A stretch of DNA of 64,000 nt from an uncultured Gemmatimonadales bacterium (GTDB taxonomy: Bacteria; Gemmatimonadota; Gemmatimonadetes; Gemmatimonadales; GWC2-71-9). Below, in pieces: positions 57,460 to 64,000 of this stretch. Numbering within the stretch: position 1 is the stretch's first letter; each line of letters begins with the position of its first letter. The stretch spans positions 431,490 through 495,489 of the forward strand of contig CAWGJN010000001.1 in the NCBI GenBank assembly GCA_963822925.1. The letters run 5' to 3'. The notes below the pieces were generated by a model. It did not search any database, was not told the DNA's origin, and was given only the letters and a program-made list of their open reading frames with translations. The position numbers were made by a program, and so were the translations under genes.

Positions 57460-58942
57460 TTGGTCAGCGCCCCCACATCCCTCACCACGCTCCTTGCCGC
57501 CATAAGCACCAGTACCCCTCCCAGCAGCGCCACCACCGGCAGCAGGAACATGGCGTACTCCAGCCCGAACCGGTCCGACAGCGCCCCCACCAGCGGGAAC
57601 GCGATCGCATCCCCCGCGAGATGAATGAAGAACAGGTACGCCCCCACCACCGTCGCACCCACCTGCGGCGGCACCACGTCGAAGATCGTGGCGCTCAGCG
57701 GCCCATTGTACCAGGAGAGGAAGAAGAAGGACGCCGAACAGAACACCGGGATGAACACGTCGATGTCCCGGATCGTGAGCAGCCAGATCGCGAGGGGTGC
57801 CCCGATCAGGAGACCGCCCCCGCCACCAGCGGCCGCGCCGCCGGCATTCCGTCTTCCGCAGGTAGTCCGCGATCGCCCCGCCCGCGAGCGTCCCTGCGAT
57901 CCCGAAGATCAACCCGGTCACTTCCCCAGCAGCAGCGTTACCTCGCCCGATGACAACCCCAGCTCCCGCGACATGAAGCTCGGCGCCCAGCCGATGATCC
58001 CGTTCATCCCGAACGAGATGAGCGCCCCGCCGCGAACACGTACAGCAGCGTCGGGGTCTTGAGCACCATCTGGGCTGCCTCGGCGAGTCCCGCGACGCCG
58101 TCGTGAACGCCGCATCCTCGTCGCTGCCGTCTGGCGTCGTCCAGCTTCCCATCCGGACGACCGCACCCACCGCCGCACGTCGAGCACGAGCCCGATCGCC
58201 GCGAGCGTGCCGAGCGCCGCCGCGTCGGCTGAGGTGGTTTCGCCGAGGGACAGGTGAAAGCCGAAAGCCGCCACCGACCCCAGACCAGCCCGAGCAGGAG
58301 GTAGCGGATAGAACTGCAGCACCGGGTGACGCCCGCCCTCGCTCCTGCAGTGTCGACCCCAGCGACAGCAGCGAGCCACCCCGCGAGGGGTCGATCAGTC
58401 GCGCTGCGAGCGCGCCATCACGAATCCCGGCAGCCCGACCACCAGGAAAGCCATCCGCCATCCGTACGCAACGCCCAGCTGACCCGCGATCAGGATGCCG
58501 AGCACGCCCCCCAGCGGAATCCCGGCCTGAACACGCCCATCGCGAGCGCTCGGCGCGGTCCTTCGAAGTAGGTGGCCACCAGCGACGTCGACGCCGCACG
58601 CGCCGCCGCACCACCGAGCCCCACTCCCGCGCGCGTCAGCAACAGCGGCAAGAACCCCCGCACCAGGCCACCGACGCTGGTGCAGATGCTCCAGAGCCCC
58701 ACCCCGGCCGCGATCACCGCTGGCCGTGAGCGCATGTCGCTCAGCACCCCGAGCGGCAGTGACGCGATGGAGAAGATGAGGACGTACGCGGAGGCGAGCC
58801 ACCCGAGATGCGCGTCCGTCGGTGACAGGTCGCGCTTGAGCGGCTCGAAGAGCGCAAAGATCGCGTTGCGCTCCACATAGTTGAGGAGGTTGATCGCCGT
58901 CAGCAGGCCGAGTGCGTAACCCGGGTGTCGCCGCGCCGCCAC
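57444..58942 (-). pseudogene. MFS transporter fragmented by at least 5 frame changes
   Basis: Sensible MFS text is scattered over all three minus frames. It runs from the N-terminus MAARRHPGYALGLLTAINLLNYVERN... through QAGIPLGGVLGILIAGQLGVAYGWRMAFLVVGLPGF and ALISFGMNGIIGWAPSFMSRELGLSSGEVTLLLG. It continues through VTGLIFGIAGTLAGGAIADYLRK to the C-terminus FIPVFCSASFFFLSWYNGPLSATIFDVVPPQVGATVVGAYLFFIHLAGDAIAFPLVGALSDRFG. Confidence 0.75.
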
Positions 58943-58981
58943 TACCCGCCCACCCGCCCACCCGCTACCCGCCTACCCGCA
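58943..58981. repeat. Five tandem octamers YACCCGCY; the minus strand carries seven GGG runs
   Basis: TACCCGCC CACCCGCC CACCCGCT ACCCGCC TACCCGCA, read directly. Confidence 0.85.
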
Positions 58982-58989
58982 GGCACTGA

Positions 58990-60006
58990 TCAATCCCCCA
59001 GTACGTACGCGAAAATCAACGGCACCACGATCGTCGCATCCGACTGGATCATGAACTTGGGCGTGTCCACGTCGAGCTTGCCCCACGTGATCTTCTCGTT
59101 CGGTACTGCGCCCGAGTAGCCGCCATAGCTCGTCGACGCATCGGAGATCTGCGCGAAGTAGCCCCAGAATGGCACGTCGTCCATCTGGAGATCCTGCACC
59201 ATTGCCGGTACTGCGCAGATTGCGAAGTCGCCCGCGATCCCCCCGCCCACCTGAAAGAAGCCGACGCTCGGCCGGTCCAGCACCGCGTCGCCGCCCTTCG
59301 CCTTCTTCTTGGCCGCGTTGTACCCGCTCGCGTCCAGGTACCAGCGCATCAGATGTTCCATCTGCTCCGTGCCGCTCTTCACGCACTGATGATGCTTCAC
59401 CTCGCCCCGGAATACCGCCGCCGCGAACATGTTGCCGGTGGTGGAATCCTCCCAGCCCGGGTGATACACCGGGATCCCCTTCTCCCACGCCGCCAGCAGC
59501 CACGAGTTCGCCGCCGGGATCTGGTAGAACTTCTCCATGGCGCCGTTGGCGAAGATGTCCTGCAGGAACTCCGCCTCGAATTTCCGCTCCCCCGAATCAG
59601 CCGCCGCCTTCCACCGGTCGATCAGCTTCCGCTCCAGGTTCCGCATCACCGTCTCCGGGATCGCCGTGTCGGTCACCCGGTTGAAGCCCGCATCGTACAG
59701 CTCCTTCTCGTCCTGCACCGAGAGCGCGCGGTAATCCTCGATGATCTTGTAGTCGTTGTAGGCGAGGAGGTTGAAGAGGTCTTCTTCCAGATTGGCACCG
59801 GTACAGCAGATGCCGTGCACCATATCCGCCCGGATCATGCGCGCCAGGATCTGCCCCAGCTTGGCCGTGCTCATGGCGCCCGCCAGCGTCACCATCATCT
59901 TCCCGCCCGCCTTGATATGGTCCTCGTAGGCGCGGGCCGCCGCCACCGCCTCCCGGGCGTTGAAGTGCAGGAAGTGCTGGTCGAGAAAGCTGCGAATGGA
60001 GCCCAT
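58990..60006 (-). CDS. Deoxyhypusine synthase family protein (bacterial DHS-like / homospermidine-synthase-like)
   Basis: 338 aa. MVTLAGAMSTAKLG....HGICCTGANLEEDLFNLL and C-terminal WGK motifs as in the DHS family. Confidence 0.75.
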   Translation of the reverse strand: MGSIRSFLDQHFLHFNAREAVAAARAYEDHIKAGGKMMVTLAGAMSTAKLGQILARMIRADMVHGICCTGANLEEDLFNLLAYNDYKIIEDYRALSVQDEKELYDAGFNRVTDTAIPETVMRNLERKLIDRWKAAADSGERKFEAEFLQDIFANGAMEKFYQIPAANSWLLAAWEKGIPVYHPGWEDSTTGNMFAAAVFRGEVKHHQCVKSGTEQMEHLMRWYLDASGYNAAKKKAKGGDAVLDRPSVGFFQVGGGIAGDFAICAVPAMVQDLQMDDVPFWGYFAQISDASTSYGGYSGAVPNEKITWGKLDVDTPKFMIQSDATIVVPLIFAYVLGD

Positions 60007-60036
60007 CGGTCGATCTCCGGACGTGTGAGTGTGTCG

Positions 60037-60786
60037 CTACTCCCGGCGGGCCCGGGCATCGAGGACGATCTGTACCGCTTCCTTCGGGTCGTCCGTGACG
60101 TGGAACAGGTTCAGGTCTGTGGCGCCGATGTTCCCGGCGCCCATCGCCGTCTGGCGCAGCCAGTCCACCATTCCCTGCCAGTAACGCTTGCCGAACAGGA
60201 TTACCGGGAAGTTGCTCACCTTCCCGGTCTGGATCAGTGTCAGCGCCTCGAACAGCTCGTCGAGCGTGCCATAGCCGCCGGGGAACACGATGAACGCCGT
60301 CGAGTACTTCACGAACATCGTCTTCCGCACGAAGAAGAACTTGAAATAGAGCGCGCGGTTGGCGAACGCGTTGCCGCGCTGCTCGAAGGGCAGTTCGATG
60401 TTGCAGCCGATCGAGAGGCCGGAACCCTCCGCGGCGCCCTTGTTGCCCGCCTCCATGATGCCCGGTCCGCCGCCGGTGATCACCGCGATCCGCTGCTGCG
60501 CCAGCAGGCGCCCGGTTTCCCGCGCCTGCTCGTAGTACGGTGTCCCTTCCTTGGTGCGCGCCGAGCCGAAGATCGTCACGCCGTCCTTCACGTCGGCGAG
60601 GTTGTCGAAGCCCCACACGAACTCGCCCATGATCCGGAGCACCCGCCACGACTCGCTGACTCGCACCGCCTCTTCCCGCTCCTTGGGCGACGGCAGCTGC
60701 TGCAGCAGCTGCTCGTCTTCCGTGCCGAGGGGGGTAGCGGAGCTGAGGCGGAAGGGCATTGGGGTCGGCGTGAACGCGTCGCTCAT
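60037..60786 (-). CDS. LOG family / TIGR00730 Rossmann-fold nucleotide-binding protein
   Basis: VITGGGPGIMEA and PGGYGTLDELFEALTLIQTGK motifs. Confidence 0.85.
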   Translation of the reverse strand: MSDAFTPTPMPFRLSSATPLGTEDEQLLQQLPSPKEREEAVRVSESWRVLRIMGEFVWGFDNLADVKDGVTIFGSARTKEGTPYYEQARETGRLLAQQRIAVITGGGPGIMEAGNKGAAEGSGLSIGCNIELPFEQRGNAFANRALYFKFFFVRKTMFVKYSTAFIVFPGGYGTLDELFEALTLIQTGKVSNFPVILFGKRYWQGMVDWLRQTAMGAGNIGATDLNLFHVTDDPKEAVQIVLDARARRE

Positions 60787-61979
60787 GGGGCCAGGTGCTC
60801 CAGGAGTGCCCGGTAATCGTCGGGCACGTTGTAGAAATACGGTGACACGCGGACGTGGCCGGGCCGCGCATCCGTGATGATCCCCGCAGCCGCCAGCGTG
60901 CGCACATCGCGCGCCGGATCATCGCTCGGCAGCATCACGATGCCGCTCCGTTCGGCCGCGGTGTTCGCCACCTTCGGCTTGAATCCGCGTTCCCGCGCCA
61001 GCGCGATCAGGTCTTCGGTCAGCGCGGCCGTCTCCTGCCGCACGGCTCCGATGCCGATCTCCTCCAGCAGCTCGAGTCCGCCCAGCTGCGCGTACACCGG
61101 CATCAGCGCCGGCGTGCCGCTCTCCAGCCGGCGCGCGTCATCGTGCAGCTCCAGCGCGTTGGGATCGAAGCGGAACTGCTCCCGGTGACTGAACCATCCC
61201 GCCGCCCTCGGCGAGAGCGTCGGCAGGAGATCGGCGCGCGCATACATGAACGCAATGCCGGTGCCGCCCAGCAGCCACTTGAGCCCGCCGCTCGCGTAGA
61301 AGTCGGCGTCCATCGCCGCGACATCCACCGGGATCTGTCCCGCTGCCTGGTATCCGTCGATCAGTGCCAGCGCCCCGCGCCGGTGCGCAATCTGCGCGAT
61401 CGCCGCAGCATCCTGGATGCAGCCACTGGTGAAGAAGACGTGACTCGTCGCCAGCAGCGCCGTTCGCTCGTCGATCGCCCGCTCATACAACTCCAGCGGC
61501 ACTCGCACCCCGTCGGGACTCTGCAGCACCACTACTTCCACCCCGTGCGGCACCCGCGCCAGCCACTGGTACGCGATGGTGGGGAAGTCGAGCGATGTCA
61601 CGACCACCTTCGGGCGCCGGGAGTAATCCAGCGATTCCGCGATGCTCGTGAGTGCGCTCGAGATGTTCGGGTGGAGCGCGATCGTGCCCGCCGGCGCTCC
61701 CACTACCAGGCCGTAGGCGGCGCGCAGGTCGGCCAGCGCCTGCCACCAGGTGTCGTACCACGCCGACGCCCCTCGCGTCTCCCACTGGTCGAGGTACGTG
61801 TTCACCCGCGCCCGCGATCGCCGCGACAGCGCTCCCAGCGAACAGCTGTTCAGGTACACCGACTGCCGGAAGATCGGGAATTCGTCGCGATACCGTACGG
61901 CGAGCGATGTGTGGAGCGGGCGCACGGTCATAGGGTGCCAAATATACCCTGCGTTATCTTGTTGGCTCATGGCCGCCAC
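60783..61979 (-). CDS. Class V aminotransferase-fold PLP enzyme
   Basis: 398 aa with the fold-type I pattern (..TSHVFFTSG.., ..DFYASGGLKWLLG.. PLP-Lys region). ATGA overlap with the LOG gene. Confidence 0.75.
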   Translation of the reverse strand: MAAMSQQDNAGYIWHPMTVRPLHTSLAVRYRDEFPIFRQSVYLNSCSLGALSRRSRARVNTYLDQWETRGASAWYDTWWQALADLRAAYGLVVGAPAGTIALHPNISSALTSIAESLDYSRRPKVVVTSLDFPTIAYQWLARVPHGVEVVVLQSPDGVRVPLELYERAIDERTALLATSHVFFTSGCIQDAAAIAQIAHRRGALALIDGYQAAGQIPVDVAAMDADFYASGGLKWLLGGTGIAFMYARADLLPTLSPRAAGWFSHREQFRFDPNALELHDDARRLESGTPALMPVYAQLGGLELLEEIGIGAVRQETAALTEDLIALARERGFKPKVANTAAERSGIVMLPSDDPARDVRTLAAAGIITDARPGHVRVSPYFYNVPDDYRALLEHLAP

Positions 61980-62274
61980 ACCAGGAACACCGCATGAGGG
62001 CTGGGAGGGACGCTACCCCGGCAGCTGGCCTGTCCTCAGCGGAACGCTCGCCCTTCGCGGGCTCCTCAACCCCCGCGTCGGCATCGACCTCATGCGCACC
62101 GCCTGGGCCTTTCGCCGCCGCCGCTGGTGGGCCCAGTTCCCCTGGCTTCCCCTACCCGACCAGGCCTACCTCCGCTGGCGCATGTACACCGCCTATGGTG
62201 ACGAGGCCGCCGTGCCACCCGCCGAAGACGTGATCCGCTTTGCCCGTTGGCGCCGGGAGACGATGCACCTGTAG
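61969..62274 (+). CDS. Hypothetical small protein
   Basis: ATG 61969. 101 aa (…WAFRRRRWWAQFPWLPLPDQAYLRWRMYTAYGDE…). It overlaps the divergent aminotransferase start by 11 nt. Weak. Confidence 0.3.
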   Translation: MAATPGTPHEGWEGRYPGSWPVLSGTLALRGLLNPRVGIDLMRTAWAFRRRRWWAQFPWLPLPDQAYLRWRMYTAYGDEAAVPPAEDVIRFARWRRETMHL

Positions 62275-62278
62275 TCAC

Positions 62279-62373
62279 CTGACCGTCGTTCCTCCTTACG
62301 CTGTCGTCGTTCTTCCTTCGCTGTCGCCGTTCCTCCTTCGCTGTCGCCGTTCCGCCTCGCGCTCTTGTCACCT
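62279..62373. repeat. Four tandem ~20-nt repeats (consensus TGTCGCCGTTCCTCCTTCGC) bracketed by GTCACCTGNCCG direct repeats
   Basis: Read directly, between the stop at 62274 and the ndh ATG at 62395. Confidence 0.8.
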
Positions 62374-62394
62374 GCCCGCCTTTATCTTTCCCCC

Positions 62395-63687
62395 ATGGCT
62401 CACACCCACCCCAAGGTCATCATTATCGGCGGCGGCTTCGGCGGCCTGTATGCCGCGCGCGCGCTCTCCCGGACCCCGGTGAAGATCACCCTCATCGATC
62501 GGCACAATCACCACCTGTTCCAACCCATGCTCTACCAGGTGGCGGGGGCTGCGCTCAACCCGTCGGATATCGCCATACCCATTCGCCGCACCCTCCGCCG
62601 CGAGTCGAACACCGAGGTCATCCTCGCCGATGTGGCGCGCATCAACCCCTCGGATAAATCTATCGTGCTTGTGGATGGTAGTAGCTTGTCATACGACTAC
62701 TGCATTCTGGCCCCTGGCATCGAGACTTCCTATTACGGCAAGGATGAAGCGTGGGCGCCACTTGCCCCTGGCCTCAAGACCCTCGACGACGCGCTCGATA
62801 TCCGACAGCGGGTCCTGCTCGCCTTCGAGCAGGCCGAGCGGGAGGCTGACATTGCTCGGCGTCATGCCCATCTCACCTTCGTGGTGGTGGGCGGTGGCCC
62901 GACGGGCGTTGAGATGGCCGCCACCATCGCCGAACTGCGGAGATACACCCTGGCGCGCGATTTCAGGCACATCGACCCGCGTGAAGCCACCGTGATGCTC
63001 CTGGAGGGTGGGCCTCGCATCCTTCCGACCTATCCCGAGGAACTGAGCGCCGCTGCCAAGGTGAAGCTCCGCGGGCTTGGTGTCGAAGTGCGCGAGAACA
63101 TGATGGTGAGCAGCATCAAGCGCGGCTGCGTCGAGGCCGCCGGCTGGACCATCCCGACGCACACCGTCGTGTGGGCTGCCGGCATGAAGGGATCGCCGTT
63201 GCTGCAGACGCTCGATACGCCGCTCGACCGCATGGGCCGCGCGATCGTCGAGCCCGACTGCACCATTCCCGGACATCCCGAGCTCTTCGTCATCGGCGAT
63301 GCGGCGCACTTCGAAGACCCCGTGCAGGGCATCCTCCCCGGTGTCGCACCCACCGCAATGCAGATGGGCCGCTACGTCGCGCGCGCCATTGCCGGCGACC
63401 TTCAGGGAAAGCCGCGCGCGCCGTTCAGGTATTTCGACAAGGGCCAGCTCGCCGTCATCGGCCGCGGTCAGGCGGTGGCTGACATCTGGAAGCTGCGCTT
63501 CTCCGGGTTCATCGCCTGGTTCATCTGGGCGTTCGTGCACATCGCGTTCCTGATCGGCTTCCGGAACCGCGTCCTCGTCATGCTCCAATGGGCCTGGTCC
63601 TACTTCAACTATGAGCGTGGTGCCCGGCTCATCACCGGCACGGAAGAGTTCCCGGTCCAGACCGCCCATCGCGAAGTGCGCGGATGA
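62395..63687 (+). CDS. ndh: Type II NADH dehydrogenase (NDH-2)
   Basis: KVIIIGGGFGGLYAAR and a second VVVGGGPTGVEMA dinucleotide fold. GDAA motif. Confidence 0.85.
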   Translation: MAHTHPKVIIIGGGFGGLYAARALSRTPVKITLIDRHNHHLFQPMLYQVAGAALNPSDIAIPIRRTLRRESNTEVILADVARINPSDKSIVLVDGSSLSYDYCILAPGIETSYYGKDEAWAPLAPGLKTLDDALDIRQRVLLAFEQAEREADIARRHAHLTFVVVGGGPTGVEMAATIAELRRYTLARDFRHIDPREATVMLLEGGPRILPTYPEELSAAAKVKLRGLGVEVRENMMVSSIKRGCVEAAGWTIPTHTVVWAAGMKGSPLLQTLDTPLDRMGRAIVEPDCTIPGHPELFVIGDAAHFEDPVQGILPGVAPTAMQMGRYVARAIAGDLQGKPRAPFRYFDKGQLAVIGRGQAVADIWKLRFSGFIAWFIWAFVHIAFLIGFRNRVLVMLQWAWSYFNYERGARLITGTEEFPVQTAHREVRG

Positions 63688-64000
63688 CCATTGCGCCGGC
63701 TCCCTTCCCGGTCGACGAGCTCAAGGCGTTCGCCCTCTCACTCGGTTTCATCGCCTGCGGCATCACCGACCTCTCCCCCGCCCCGCACGGCGACGTGCTC
63801 GATCGCTGGCTGAAAGCCGGATACGGCGGTGTGATGCGCTACCTCAATCGCCAGGCAAGGAAACGCAAGGATCCTCGCGGAATCGACCCAAGAGGAAGAT
63901 CTGCCGTTATTGTTATCGATAGCTACTACTATAGGGAAAATACGGAACAGCAACATTTTAAGATTGCTCGATATGCCCGAGGCCAGGACTACCACATCTC
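63684..64000 (+). CDS. queG: Epoxyqueuosine reductase, N-terminal part (runs off the window)
   Basis: ATGA overlap with the ndh stop. My translation reads MTIAPAPFPVDELKAFALSLGF..CGITDL...WL..GYGGVMRYL......RKDP.....ARYARGQDYH, matching the QueG N-terminus. It is not in the track because it has no stop. Confidence 0.7.
   Translation, partial: MTIAPAPFPVDELKAFALSLGFIACGITDLSPAPHGDVLDRWLKAGYGGVMRYLNRQARKRKDPRGIDPRGRSAVIVIDSYYYRENTEQQHFKIARYARGQDYHI

Overview
This is a GC-rich, densely coding bacterial chromosomal window with about 60 genes. By eye it is roughly two-thirds G+C. The gene content looks Gemmatimonadota-like to me, but I cannot verify that here. I saw no rRNA, tRNA, CRISPR array, transposase or integrase.

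Content from left to right:
- envelope lipoproteins and an orphan family-5 solute-binding protein
- a sigma-54 activator with a degenerate receiver domain
- fbaB
- an OMP / LysM pair
- a Rieske-plus-membrane-protein trio
- a PLP decarboxylase and an orphan EF-G paralog
- a TonB-dependent uptake module
- a HupE / M1-peptidase / DUF6702-like triad
- an Omp85-like protein, a TolB-like protein and a PAP2 phosphatase
- a TolC / MFP / RND efflux operon with ArsR
- an S46 peptidase
- copZ-copA-csoR
- a deoxyhypusine-synthase-like / LOG / class-V aminotransferase operon
- ndh and the 5' end of queG

The most interesting element is a nine-gene, translationally coupled minus-strand operon (43522 to 32866). 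It has the membrane-arm layout of hydrogenase-4 (Hyf). Its 'large subunit' has lost all four [NiFe] cysteines. It is led by two HTH-PTS-EIIA fusion proteins. It contains two tandem antiporter paralogs with near-identical gene-conversion patches. Together with three small flanking genes it is bracketed by direct copies of the 3' end of a PAP2 gene.

Other signals:
- clustered frameshifts confined to envelope and transport genes
- a dispersed 20-nt tandem-repeat family
- a G-quadruplex-type octamer array
- an anti-Shine-Dalgarno leader
- shared CATTGAC operator-like motifs
- AT-rich sigma-70-type promoters
- patches of atypical codon usage near the right edge

All family calls come from motif recognition by eye. 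No database search was run.
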